A stretch of DNA of 64,000 bases, taken from assembly GCF_032191835.1 (NCBI RefSeq), contig NC_083234.1:51274001-51338000 (forward strand). Reading direction: 5' to 3'. The DNA comes from Heteronotia binoei (Eukaryota). Positions 46,894 to 59,633 of the stretch are shown piece by piece. The notes below the pieces were generated by a model that had not been told where the DNA came from, made no database searches, and saw nothing but the letters and a program-made list of their open reading frames with translations. The position numbers were made by a program, and so were the translations under genes. The stretch's first letter is position 1, and each line of letters begins with the position of its first letter.

Positions 46894-47115
46894 GTTTATT
46901 TACTTCTTTTGTACTCCACCTTTTCCCCATCGGGGTCTTAAATCAGCTTACATTGCTCTCCTCTCTTCCATTTTATCTTCACAACAACCCTGTGAGGTAG
47001 GCTAGGCTCTGTCTGTGTCTAGTCCAAGATCACCCAGCAAACTTCCATGAGACAGCAGGGATATGAACTTGGGTTTCCCAGATCCTAGACAGATGCTCTT
47101 AAATATTATATAACA
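46894..47115 (-). mobile_element. Older MIR-like SINE
   Basis: ttcacaacaaccctgtgaggtagg core, ccaagatcacccagc. Confidence 0.6.
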
Positions 47116-49603
47116 CCAGGAAATCACAGAGCAAAAAGCAGATCCCACTAATCACAAAATTGCCCCAGAGCTGAGGAGAAATAAGTGGACAGTTTGGATT
47201 TCCTCATGAGAAACAGGTTCCACAAGATCCAGGAATATACATACACAAAGCAGCAGAGGCAAACTACTGTTGACCTGGCCACAAAAAGACAACCCTGGTG
47301 GAAGCAGAGACACAGCAATGACCTCTTAGAAGTGATGCTGGATCTTAGCAGGCCCTATGCCTGTAGCTCTTGCATCTTTCCCTCCTGTCCAAAGTGTGGT
47401 TAAAAACCTGTCCCCGGATATTCATTATGCATCTTTCCAAACCAAATACTTAGGATATACCAGTGCGGGGCTGAAGTTAGAATGTTACGCTATGATCTCA
47501 AAAAAACCTTTTCCATAAAGGACACCACGTGGGACCAGTTACTCTTAACATAACCTACCTCAGTAGATTGTTAGACAGCTAAAATAGAGAAGGGGAACCA
47601 GTGTGTGCAATCTTGAACACCTTGGGGGATGGGTAGCATAAAAAGCAATAAATAAATAAATTTGATCTCATTTTTCACAGGGTCAGCCTGCTCCCCTGCC
47701 TGGGGCCAATGCAAGGGAGTTGGCCAGGTAGGCCGTTACCTAGGGCGGCATCTGGTGACCACAGGGGCAACGGGCATCCCCTTCCCATGCACGCCTCCTC
47801 AGCCACCCCGGGACTCAACACAGTGCCCACCTTTGCTGCTGCTGCCACCCGGCCACCTCCCATGCCATGGCTAGCCCTCTTGCTCCTGCTGCAGCCACTC
47901 TCCCTCCATGGCCTGCCTGGGATGTGGCTTCTTCGCCTCCAGCATCCTCCACTGAGGCAGCTGCTGGTTGGCTGGTGCGGGGGAGAGGGTGAGCATGCAC
48001 ACTGGGGACCTGGCCAGCAGTGCCTCCCCCTGTGTAAGCTGGAAAAGATGGCAAGTGAAGACTGTTTGGAGAGAAAGGCTTCCTGTCCTGAGGAGACAGG
48101 AAGGAGATGCTGTGCGCAGGTAGTATAACTGGCTTTAAAAAGAAGACACCCATTTATGGGAGAGGAGGGATCAGTTCAAAGGCTCTTAGCAGGGATGGCA
48201 GGAGGGGACACCCATTCCTCTAGGGGAGCACTGTGGCTGGGCACCTGTACCAGCCATTTTGCCCTGACACATACAGCGGCTCTATTGGAGTTGGCAACAA
48301 GCTGGAATTTTTGGTTTCCCAAACCTCTGTCTCTACATTGGAGACAGAGACCTAGCCCTCTTTGCCTTGACATTCAGGGAACATGGCATGCCACCATTGG
48401 CCAAGTGCCTCTCATCATTACACATGGTTCCTGGGTATGCTGGCCAGGCACAGGAGCTTCTCCTTTCATCAGCCAAGTGGCTGCACAGTTCCTCCCCCCA
48501 CTCCCATTTCCTTCACAGAGGTGCAACCCTCATGGATGCTCAGAGCCCTGTGGTGCCCCAGAACCTGTGCTACAATCTTCCACGCATGCCCATCCCAGTG
48601 TGTGCTGGACACCAGGCATTTTCTACCAGCTGGACCTCAGGTGGAAGGGAAGAACATGTCAGCCCACCTGTTCCCAGGTCCCCTGGGCCAGATGGAAAGG
48701 ATCAGGTGCCAAGCAAGATGCTGAATGGCTTGGCATCTGCAGCCTGGGTGGGCTGCGCATGGCACTTGCTTCTCTGGATTGGAGGCTGGCCAGTCAGAGC
48801 CACCAAGAGGCCCAGGAAAAATCCCCCCACCCCATCAAACATGCCCTTTGAATTTCTTGTCCCCAACCACACCCCGTTGGTTTAATATGCTTGTGTTAGT
48901 TAGGCTGCACAGTTCTCAGGGTAGAGACCTCCTCTCTGCACCAGGCTTTCAAGGTCCCCCACCCTGTGCTGCCCATGGCTGGCCTCTGCCAAAGTGCCAG
49001 CAGCTCTTTGCCACCTGCCCCCCCTACTCCAGACCGGCCAGTGGTTAGAGACCTCGGCTGGGACCTCCCTGACACCCCACCCCCCAAATCCAAGCCGTAG
49101 CGGCCCCCCCGCTGGCCTAGTGTCTCTTCTAATCGCCCTCACCTCAGGCCACAGGATCACGGTTATGTGCTTGCCCCATCCCCCCTCACCTAAGTTGACA
49201 AAAAGCCTGGCACCAACCATGCCTGCCTCTTGATTATGCTTATCTTCCAAGACTCTGTTGTATGTTCACCCACCACCATCCAAGGCCAAAGGAAGTGGCT
49301 CCCAGACAGGGCCTTTCCTGTTGGGTCACCAAGATGCAGAAGTTATGGGTACCAAGAAAAGCCCAGGCTTTCTCTGATGCATGGGCAGAGAGAAGAGCTA
49401 CAAACCGGAAGTGTTCCGTTCAAAACAAACCTCACCACCAGGATCATGCTGCCTTGCTTTTTTGTTGAGCAGATTTTATTTGTTCTGGGAAAGCAGGAGG
49501 AGAGGCCGTGCTCAGTTTCACTCTCGGGCAAAGGCATCAATTGAAGCTCTCCAAGAGGCCAACCAGGAAGTGCCCCGCCATCGCGGCCCGGCGAAGCACT
49601 TAC

Positions 49604-49743
49604 CTGCACCTGCCTGCAGCGGGGTCACTTGCACCACAGGGAGGTTCTCAACGACTCGCCTGGAAGCTGGGGGAGGAAGCCGATGTGCCCAGTCGCCGTC
49701 CTCCAAGGAGCCCAGATCAAGCTCCAGGCCGTGGAACAGAGAC
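49604..49743 (-). CDS. RNF181: RNF181 exon 2
   Basis: 140 nt, SLFHGLELDLGSLEDGDWAHRLPPPASRRVVENLPVVQVTPLQAGA; donor cag/gtaagt. Confidence 0.92.
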
Positions 49744-49820
49744 CTGCGTGGGAACCAGAATCAAGAGTCCAGCTTAGAGCTGCTGGGTCTCCCCGGGCCC
49801 CCGGCAAGGGAGGGGGGGCG

Positions 49821-50026
49821 TAGGGTTGCCAGATCGAGGTTGGGAAATTCCTGTTGATCTGGGGATGGAGCCTGGGGAGGACAGGGACCTCAGTGGGGTA
49901 CAATGCCACAGAGTCCACCCTCCAAACTTAGCTTCCATTTTCTCCAGCGGAACTGATCTCTGTAGTCTGGAGATTAACTGCAATTCCAGGGGAGCCCCAG
50001 ATCGCATCCTGAGGCTGGCATCCCTA
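49821..50026. mobile_element. MITE of the TAGGGTTGCCA-TIR family in RNF181 intron 1
   Basis: TAGGGTTGCCA ... TGGCATCCCTA termini; internal similarity to 52366-52582. Confidence 0.75.
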
Positions 50027-50212
50027 GTTCAGCACCACTCCAGAGAAAGCGTAAAATGGCCTGCCGAAAAGCCCGCAGTGGGCGCTCAGGAGTCCAGCGA
50101 GCAGCCTCTCCCGCAGAGGGGTCTAGCTCCGTGGAAGACGTCGCCATAACCCCCCCCCCCCTCGCCCGCCGGACGCCCCAGAAGGCCCGGGAGATGGAGG
50201 GAGTCGGCCCAC

Positions 50213-50301
50213 CTAGCTAGCTCCAACAGCGCCCGGCGATGCAGCGTCTCCGGCGGCCCGGAACCCGGCTCGCAGTCGTGCTCCTCGAAATAGGAGGCCA
50301 T
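50213..50301 (-). CDS. RNF181: RNF181 exon 1 CDS
   Basis: MASYFEEHDCEPGSGPPETLHRRALLELA(R); spliced CDS 474 nt = 157 aa. Confidence 0.95.
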
Positions 50302-50600
50302 GACGCGGCAAACTACCCCAGAGCCACCCAAGCCGTCCCCCGGCGCGACTCAGCGTTTTCATCCGGCTCCCAACGTGGCTTCGTAACTGCCCACGCGCAG
50401 CCAGCAGCTCGCCGGTTGGCTCGAGGGGGCCATAGGACTGAGTACTGGAGCCAATCAGGACGAGCTGCGAGGCGCTTCGAGTCCAGATTAGTTCCCTGCT
50501 CTTGACTCAGCGCGTCGCTTTGGAAAGCAAGTGATCGCATTGTCACTCTGTTGCGTGGGCCTTGGTCCTGTTGCGGCCCTAAGGAAGCCGGGCAGCAAAG
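50302..50600 (-). promoter_or_regulatory. RNF181: RNF181 CpG-rich 5'UTR/promoter
   Basis: CpG-rich; gagCCAATcag at 50451-50455; TGACTCAGC (AP-1/ARE-like) at 50503-50511. Confidence 0.6.
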
Positions 50601-50784
50601 CAGAATTGATCACCCAGCTATTCTATTCAGCCACCTTTTGTCCGCCTTGCGACTCGATTTAGGGGGTTTCAGCTGGAAGTAGATCTTTAACTGGGATGGA
50701 GCTTTCTCCGAAGAGAAATTTGCAAGCTTAACAGCCTGGTCATAGCAGGTAGCCTTTTAGAAGTAAGCCCCTTTTATTTCCAAT

Positions 50785-51195
50785 GTACAGTGCTGGATTA
50801 GGATCAAGATTCTTCAAGCCCCAAATTCGGATTCTTGTGCTTCCAGGCTTGTTGAGTGACCTTGGGCCAACAGCCCTGTCTCAGCCTAATCTACCTCACA
50901 GAACAAAGTCTATGAGTCCAGCAGCACCTTTAAGATCAACAATTTTTTATTCTGGCAATAAGCTTTTGTGTACACGTGCACTTATTAAGTATGTGTACAC
51001 GTGAAAGCTTATACCTACAATAAAGCTTTGTTGTTAAAAGTGCCACTAGACTCAATGTTGTTGTTTCAGACCAACATGGCCACCCACCTAAATTTACCTC
51101 ACAGGATTGTTGTGAGGATGAAACAGAGGAAAGGAGAATTACGTTGTAAACTGCTTTGGGTCCCCCATTGGAAAGAAAAGTGGGATATAAACATC
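50785..51195 (+). mobile_element. MIR-like SINE split by a Penelope-derived inverted repeat (about 50903-51092)
   Basis: SINE core tacctcacag is duplicated on both sides of the gagtccagcagcacc.../...gtgccactagactc hairpin element. Confidence 0.6.
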
Positions 51196-51785
51196 TATAT
51201 TTCTTTACAAATGTATACCCTGCTTTTTTGTCCTCTTCTGCACCGACTATGTCTGACCACTTTTCAACAACAGCCCCAAGCACAGCAGTAATCTAATTAA
51301 ATCTCTGTGATTGTACTCCTGCCCATAGATCTACCTCACTTATACCACATTTTATATCTTGCAGGTTTGCTCCAACTTAAGCATGGTCACAGCCCAGGCA
51401 TGGTTTTGTCATGAGTACATAAAAGGAGTAGCCAGGGTATCATTAAGTTGTCCTTCTGTTCCAAAGGAAATGACTCCCAATATTTTTTTACCAGTATATA
51501 CAAATATGTTAGCTTTTATTCTCTACCCTCTAGGTGCTCGTCATAATAATTATTAATAGCAATTCAAACAGGAAAGGCCTCCGATAAGCAAAACAATCCA
51601 ATGAGGATTGGAAAACAATGCAAGCACACACAAAAACTGTCAGATTTGAAGTCCCATAGTGATGAATTATAACAGTTGACTTGAAGACACTGACTTGCAG
51701 TAAAGAGGAGGGTGATACGTACAATAAACATTGCAATATATTATAATATTATCTTTTAAATACAGGGTTGCCAACCTCCAAGTGC

Positions 51786-52345
51786 AGCAGGGAACAAGGT
51801 ATACAGCTCCGCGAAAAACCAGCCTCAAAATATATATATAACGAATGATACAAATGTTTATAAATATAGCAACCAAACATATAAAGTGAAATTAATCATG
51901 AAATAGGCAAAGACCACATTCACACTAAAGTCCCTTTATAGGTGAATTAATGCCAAGAAGATGAGATGTCTTCATGAATTTTCAAGATGAAATAATCCAG
52001 TGCAGCAGGGCACAAGAAACACAACAGGGCCGTACTTGATCCCATTTCACGAACAAGCTTCTACAAGCTTTGGAAAACCATCATACATTTTACAATAGAG
52101 CAGAGGTTCAAAGATCTTAACAACAACGTTGGACTCCCTAGAAGCACCTACCTTTGCCACGACTTGGAATACTCATCTTCTTGGCGTTAATTCACCTATA
52201 AAGGGACTTGAACGTAGTCTTTGTCTATTTCATGATTAATTTCACTTTATATGTTTGATTGCTATATTTATAAACATTTGTATCATTTGTTATATATATA
52301 TATATTTGAGGCCGGTTTTTCACAGTATATTCCTTGTTCCCTGCT
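51786..52345. mobile_element. 560-bp element with ~180-bp inverted arms (probable Penelope-like pLTR remnant)
   Basis: Arms 51786-51965 and 52172-52345 about 90% complementary; inserted in the 5' end of a MITE, which is duplicated. Confidence 0.6.
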
Positions 52346-52365
52346 CCATTTTTGCACGAGTCTCT

Positions 52366-52582
52366 GGTTGCCTAACCTCCAAGTGCAGCCTGGAGATCTC
52401 ACGGAATCACAACTGATCTCCACGCAGCAAATATGTCTGCCTGGGAAAAATGGCTGCTTTGGAGGTTAGATTCTGCGGCATTATACCCCCCTGAGGTCCT
52501 TCTCCTCTCCAAACAATGTCCTCCCTAGGCTCCTGCAGTCCCAAATCTCCAGGAATTTCCCAACTAGGAGTTGGCAACCCTA
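52366..52582. mobile_element. MITE of the TAGGGTTGCCA-TIR family (5' end also at 51763-51788)
   Basis: ggttgcc-aacctccaagtgcagcctggagatctc ... gagttggcaacccta. Confidence 0.75.
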
Positions 52583-55500
52583 CTTATAGAAGCAACCTTC
52601 TGAGCTGATACATTAATCCTGATCTTTTTATAAGGATGCCCTCCTAAGCATAGCTGTTTCATCCATTCTTCAAAACGACAGAAACATGGAGGCTTCTGGT
52701 AGCCTCAAGCATGCCATTCCATACTGCAGAGAACCACCATGAAGAATGCACATGAATAGGCAGTTGCCAGTTTTACCTGTTTGCAGGATGCCACCTTCTA
52801 AAAGTTTTGCTCCAATGACTGCTTTCCAAAAAAGAGGAGGAAAAAATAAAATGCAATCAACGTTGCTTAGTTTTGCCCTTCAAGCCAAAAATCCCAGTGC
52901 CAAAGATTTGCTAGCAGAAAAGTATGCCTTTCCATTGCTACAAATGAGAAAATGTTAGTGGAAACTACCAACTTAGTACATACTGATGGGGACGCCTGTT
53001 AATTCAGCTTTCAGCCTGTCAAGTCTTATTCCAACCCACTTTTTGAGAATCAGGGCCAATTTAAATGTGATGCTGCCGGAACAGGAAAACTTACCTGTGT
53101 GACTTTGCAAATAAAACAGGTGTCCAGTGGCACTTTAAAGACTAACATTTCTTCCACATGGCCAGTGCCTCATTGAAACTCAGCTTTCAGCTGCTACGTG
53201 TACCAGGTTAGCATGCCAGAGAGGCAGGCTTTGCACTGATGTGTTAGCATTCCAGTGGTCCAGTTTGAACAAGACACTTGGTGCTTGCAATGGTACAAAG
53301 CAAGTTCTTGCCTGTCAGCATCATGTGTAAATCAGGCTTCATAGACCTACACTTACTGGCAGACTTCTTGCTTTTCTTGTGTTTCAGCCTGGGAAGAAGA
53401 CTCTATCTTCTTCCACTTGTCTTCTTTGACTTTGTCAATCCTTCCTCATTGGATGCAGCAATCAGTACCTATTACTCATTTGTTACAAAGCACTCCATAT
53501 TTTATTGAACTTGTCACAAAAGACAGCTCTTGAAACAGTACATGAAGAGCTATCTGTTGAATAACTACACACTTCCGTAGAACATAAGTTAAAAGGTACA
53601 GTTATTTTTAAAAACAAAACGAACATCTGAATAGGTTTCCTGCCAACCCTATCTAAAATGTGATAAAAATTGTAGCTATTATATGACTTGCCATTTGTGT
53701 AGAAGAGACATCTGAAACTGCTCAGGCACAAGTATGCAGGGAGCAGAATTGTATGGCAAAGAGGTGTGTTTTGGCTGTGTGATTACAACACTGTTGTAAT
53801 CAGGGTAGATAAAAATCAATTATTATTTTTTTAAAAAAATAAAAAAATCAGACACATTATAGTACAAAGGTTATTCATCATGAAATATAGATTAATTTTT
53901 AATTATGTAGCATGAGACTATACATTCATGCAGTGTTTAAAAATTTCAGTAAATTAATTCCATTAATCTATTCACAATGTTATGCTCTCCCAGAGATTTT
54001 TGTAAGATTATTTTGGGCAATTTTTCTATCTAGAAGATGATATCACAGGTGCTTGGTTCCCAAAACTGTGAATTTGTGTCTGCAGAGATAACATGCCTCT
54101 TCTTCACAGCAAAAATGCTATAAAATAAACATATAGAGTTAAGAGACCTCAGTCCTATTGATCCTCTGCAAATCTATGCACAGATTCAACCTCTTATCTC
54201 TTAAGTGCTAAGTTTTAAGAAGTTCAATGAATATAAGATTGGGGTGAAAAAAGAGATGTTAAGAGTTATATGTAAGAAAGGAGGAATAGGCAGTACAACT
54301 GACAGTGAAACTTGTTGAGCAGAATATTCCAGAAATCTTGAGATCTTTGTGAGTGTATCTTCATGGATGTTTAAGCAAATATATGAATACATATGCTATA
54401 TAATGTTATTGTTTCAGTTAAATAAAGCAATATAAATGGTTAGTGTTAATGATTATTTTTCTCCTTCCAATTAAAATACAGCAGAAGTTGTCCAAATAGG
54501 AATGATTAACCTATTAAACAAGAGATCATTCACCTTGCAATGATTTCACAATTATCTGTTTCAATAACCAATCATTAATTTTCTGACATAACTAAAACTA
54601 ACATGGAAAAGTTATTATACTAAAATAAAACCTTCATCTGGGTAAGGCCAGCAAGAATGAGCCTTTATTTAAAACAAATCTTACTGATCAGTGATTTATA
54701 TCACAACTTAACTCCATTTGATTCAAATCAAATCCACCCTGGTTGTAATCCTCCTGTTTATTTTATTATCCCTGTGCAGCACATTTCATGTGAGCATTGT
54801 GCATTTCACCCCATTATTAAAAAATGAGACTTCTTCCTCTAAGCACATGGGCTTCGTGATCTATGATTTTTAAACAATTCAGATCTGTGCACAGGAAGAC
54901 AGTCCTGGTTTATATATTTCTAAATATTCACATGTGTGCAAGATCAGAGGAGGAAAAATATATCTGTATGAGAATACTAAATGTGCAGTTTTGTGCAAAC
55001 AAATGTTAATGAAAATAACGCAATATTTAGATATGCACATTTTAAAAAGAAAAATCCTGGCAAAAATTGGCTAAGACAGAAGAAAACAGGAATTTTGTCC
55101 AAAGACACAACAGAAAAATTGATTCCTATGCAAGAGGTGCCATTTTTCACATTTTCTACAAAAAGCAAAGTGACTAAAGTTTAAAAGGATGACGCACCAA
55201 ACAGAGAAATACTGTGGAACATAGGCATAATTTCTGCTGCAGCATAATCACTAACCTTCCAACTTCAAGACCATCTGTGAAATTCCCTAAGATCCCTGAA
55301 AACATGGGTCATTGCTTCATGTGATTGAGAAGCAACATTCATGTTCCCAGTTGTAGAGAAATATCCATAACAGGAATATAGTTGAGTATTTTAAAAAGCA
55401 GGGCTGGCTCAAGACATTTTGTGCAGAAAATCTAAATGCGATCTTCCCTCTTGTTAATTAATATGAGGCACAATCCCAGGCAAAGCTTTCCTGTATAAGC

Positions 55501-56040
55501 CGCACTGAAATGAATGGGAGCTGCAAAAGAGAATCTATGGCTCAAACCCATCTACTATCTACCTTTCAAGGCACTTACACTTTCATCTGCCAAAAGCAAT
55601 TCTCTTTCTAACTTCCCTATAACAAAAAAACAGAGAATCTACACTCGAATTCCACTGGCAGCTTTCAGGAGTGGAAGGTGGCAGGACCATGTCTGTCTCT
55701 CTCCTTGAACATGACTGCAAAAATGCAAGGGTGTTTCTTACTTTTTATATCAATGTATAGTACAGATTGCTGCTGAACAGGATTGCAAACACACAATGTT
55801 GTGCCATTTAGGGCTGAGCATAGATATTGCCTGGCTGGAGCCACATTACATGCACACGGGCACTGAATGCTCCAAGAGTTACAGCTCTTGTGCATCTACA
55901 TGTTGCTGCCGCTGCTGCAACAACTCTGTGATGGGAACTCTAGGTAGCTGATAAGTCCTGCTCAAGCCCCAAGTAGCATTGGCATGCTGAGTCAAGGGAG
56001 AGTCTTGTGAAGAAGATTCTCTGGTTGTCTTAATTTCCAC

Positions 56041-56235
56041 TCAGTCGCCACCAGTGCTGGTTTTTGCTGCAGCCTCCTGGTTCCCAGAGCTGCCTAAACT
56101 GAAGGCAAGAACTATTGCCAGGATGAGAAGTAGGAGAGCCCCAATAACCACTGCCACCAGGATGATCTTGAATTTCCTGTTCTTCCAACGTTCCTGCCGG
56201 GCTATGGTCTTTGTGGTCTTGTTGAAGGCAGAACT
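56041..56235 (-). CDS. VAMP5: VAMP5 last coding exon (TM anchor, lumenal tail, stop)
   Basis: SSAFNKTTKTIARQERWKNRKFKIILVAVVIGALLLILAIVLAFSLGSSGNQEAAAKTSTGGD*. Confidence 0.88.
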   Translation of the reverse strand, partial: SSAFNKTTKTIARQERWKNRKFKIILVAVVIGALLLLILAIVLAFSLGSSGNQEAAAKTSTGGD

Positions 56236-56728
56236 CTACAGGGAAACAGCAAATGGACACATATCCATTAGAACTTATCTCCCATAGCCTTGAGCTTACA
56301 GTGGATTCCTAGCCATGCTACTGATTAGGCCCAACAAAGCTCCCAGGTGCTCTCAGACGATTCTCTGTTCCGTTCCAAAGGGAAGCCAAGCAGAACTTTG
56401 CCTTTATCCCAGTTATAACATCATAATGTGCAGACTTGTAACTTGGTTTGGTGAGGACTCTGGCACACTGAGCAATCCCACTCCCATTTTTTTTTTTAAA
56501 GGGGGCCGGACGTTATTGCAAGCAGTCAGGCTTTTGTGGGGCTTCAGTGCCTTTTTCTGCCTGAGAAAAACAGAATAAATTCTGCAAGACAGGGCTTCAG
56601 GCTGCTCTGTCCTTGTGACTTTTCCAAAAGACCTATAGCTGTTGAATGGGCATGATTTTTACTGATGACTGTTTATGATAGTGTCATTTTAAACTGTACT
56701 TGTTAATGTTTATAGCATTAGTTTAAAT

Positions 56729-57045
56729 CAGGGGTGGCCAAACTTACTTAATGTAAGAGCCACATAGAATAAGTGTCAGATATTTGAGAGCCGCAACTTG
56801 CAAGATGTGAACATCAGATGTTTGAGAGCTGGAAAGAAGAAAGGCAGACAGGCAGGCAAATAGATGGGGAGAAGGAAAGAAAGCAACTTGAACTTAAAAT
56901 TATTTTCCAAGCTGCCAGCTGGCTTGGAGAAGTGATTTAAATAGACAAATGCCTTCTCCAAGCTGGCTGATGGGGGCTTTAAGAGCCACACAATATGTGT
57001 GAAAGAGCCACATGTGGCTCCCAAACCACAGTTTGGCCACCCCTG
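56729..57045. mobile_element. 317-bp hAT MITE
   Basis: Perfect TIR CAGGGGTGGCCAAAC / GTTTGGCCACCCCTG; perfect 8-bp TSD GTTTAAAT. Confidence 0.93.
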
Positions 57046-57482
57046 GTTTAAATACATAATTTTTGTTGGAAGCTGCTTCAAGCTTCAAGGAATGAAAGAA
57101 AGGAAATTATGCAAATATCCTCAACTCACCTAAGTTATATAGGTCACAAAAAAGTTTTCTTGCAGAACTCAGATTGCCTGGTGCAGAATTTTATTTCTTT
57201 TTTTAGCCCTGATGAAATCTCAGAAGCATGGGGGGGGGGGGGCGGAAACTGAACATGGCAATATGGGGGGGTACCATTTCCTTAATTAGAAGAGGACTTG
57301 ATTATGCTACTATGATCAAATATATGCAATCTGTTCTGGAGACTGCACAGTGCAGCTTTGTTTGGGGCAGTGTTTTGCTCCTGCTCAGCAGTCTCCTCAA
57401 AATGACCCATGAGCAAGCCCCAGAATCCTGCTAGCTTTCCAGCTGCTATTTCAGGCTCTGTAAGAAAGAGGGATCTCTGGCC

Positions 57483-57692
57483 TGGATGGCCCAAGCTAGC
57501 CTGATCTTGTCAGATTTTCAGAAGCTAAGCAGGTTCAGTCTTGATTAGCACTTAGATAGGAGACCATCAAGGAAATCCACGGTCACTACCCAGAGGCAGG
57601 CAATGGCAAACTACTTCTGGCAGTGTCTTGCTTTGAAAATCCTATGGGGTCGCCCCTAAGTCAGCTGCAACTTGATGGCACTTTCCACCACC
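57483..57692 (+). mobile_element. 5S rRNA-headed SINE, tail type A
   Basis: 5S-like head, ggcaatggcaaac..., ggggtcgcc..aagtcagctgcaacttgatggcactttccacc tail. Confidence 0.78.
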
Positions 57693-57936
57693 AAGGAAGG
57701 GGAATACCCACGGTGCTTTGTGCCTCTTGGACTGTGGCTCTTTGGGATAGTAAATGGAAACTATTTGAGAAGAGAAGTCCACCCACTTCTGCTTTCTCTG
57801 ATGCTGAGGAGGTGCACGCACTTCTGCTTTCTCTGGGGCTGTGGGTGAGAGTTCTCATAGCCAGGATGCTGTTTTGGAAAGCCTCTATGTATCAGCCACT
57901 GCCCGTTGCCAGCCCACCCACTCTCCATCCTAGTAC

Positions 57937-58074
57937 CTGGTTTCGAAGCTCCTCTGCTCTGTCATCCAGGTCGCTCAGTTTGCCTTCGCGATCCAGCACC
58001 TTGCTGTAGTTTTCTAGCATGATCTGAGTCACTTCCTCGGTCTCCTTCTGGCACTGCTCTAAATGGTTTTCCCC
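57937..58074 (-). CDS. VAMP5: VAMP5 R-SNARE exon
   Basis: 138 nt, GENHLEQCQKETEEVTQIMLENYSKVLDREGKLSDLDDRAEELRNQ; phase 0 implies an upstream ATG-only exon; synteny with RNF181. Confidence 0.88.
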
Positions 58075-59340
58075 CTGCAACAAGAAGAGAGAATGGCTGA
58101 TCAGAACAGCAGGAATTCAGTCTCCAATGCCACTTGAGGATAGACTGTACGTGCAAAAACACAATGGCCAAGAGACAATTGTTCTTGTGAACTCTTCGGC
58201 CAGTTATGCAGTAATGAGGGAGGGCGGCTCTGGGTCACTGGTTTGCTGCACTTTTCAGTGGACTGCTTTATGGAACTAGGAATCTGCTTGGCTGTGAGTG
58301 GGAACAGACAGAGCAACCTTTGAGGGTATGGACAAGCAGACATAAATGTAGCAGTGAGGATGCTGTGGAGGTGCATGCACTATATCTTATACAGGCTCAA
58401 GCTTGGGACACTGACTCTGTATGTTTGCTGCAGAAACAGGCTATGTGTGGACCTGATTGGCTGCAACTCATGAGGTCACAAAACTACCTCTCCCCTTTAC
58501 CCGGAGCCATTTTCCAATAATTTACAATCACTTAGAGGCCAAGTGTATGTTTTATAGAATAAATGTATATGCAGCACTTTTCAAATGTTGAAACAAAAGG
58601 CAGGCAAAGGAGAGCGGCAAGATGGACAAAGGAATCCACCTTCAAATTGCCAGTAAGTTTATCTCACTGCACTGTGAAATGGAGAATCTGTTTGAATCAA
58701 TTTGCTACAAGATCTGTTTCATGGTTAATTTGTACACAACCTGACATGGAATTGGGAAGCTGCCTGCCATTTTAATTTTAAAAAGACACAATTCTAATTT
58801 TCAGTTCTGGAGCAAACAACCTGAAAGCACATGTGTTGTTTCTTCTGAAGTCTTAGAAACTATAAAGAATTGTAAATGTCTAGCTTTCAGACTCAATAAC
58901 CACTTCCCAGTCCTTTTTCTAAGGTTATCAGTCCCTTCATACTGTTTATATAAGTGTAGTGGACATTAAAAATAAACCAAGGTTTCTAAAGTTTAAAAAA
59001 AGTGTGCTTATTCAGCTTACAAAATTCGGATATCAACAATTCATAGAGAATAATCGGTGATTTGGTGAAAGATTCTAGACACTTTTGTTTACAGGTTATA
59101 AGGAAATCACTGATTTCCTTAATTCTTTTGAAATCCCTCCTGAATTCTTTAGAAATTCCTCCTGGTGGCCTCAGCAAGAAAGGCTGGCAATGGCCCTGTG
59201 CTCAAGGGTTCCCTGACAGGCTAATTTATATGCAAAATATCTCCTTGAACTTAAGAAACAGTCATCTCATGCAGACGCTGGAAAAGACAACATGATTCAG
59301 AAGAAATGAAAGTTGGGCTGGAATTATTCTTCCTATCCTG

Positions 59341-59633
59341 CCTCGTGGCACAGAGTGGTAAAGCTGCAGTACTGCAATCCTAAGCTCTGCTCATGACCCG
59401 AGTTCAATTCCAGAGGAAGCTGGGTTTTCAGGTAGCTGGCTCCAGGTCGACTCAGCCTTCCATCCCTCTGAGGTTGGTAAAATGAGTACCCAGCTTGCTG
59501 GGGGGAAAGTGTAGATGACTTGGGAAGGCAATGGCAAACCACCCTGTAAAAAGTCTGCAGTGAAAACATTGTGAAAGCAATGTCACCTCAGAGTCGGAAA
59601 TGACTGGTGCTTGCACAGGGGACCTTTCCTTTC
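59341..59633 (+). mobile_element. Sauria-type SINE
   Basis: Same family as 40519-40821. Confidence 0.85.

Noticed and set aside
47660-49250. Several 100-230 aa ORFs in RNF181 intron 2
   Set aside because: GC-rich, probably degenerate repeat sequence; overlapping ORFs in many frames with no recognisable motif
53357-53468. Exon-like minus-strand segment (ag...gtaagt) between VAMP5 and RNF181
   Set aside because: Stops in all three frames and no polypyrimidine tract at the acceptor
56041-58074. VAMP8 identity for the SNARE gene
   Set aside because: Position next to RNF181, LEQCQ..EEVT.IM..N..KVL.R motif, phase-0 138-nt exon and lumenal tail fit VAMP5; the ATG exon and VAMP8 were not found in the window
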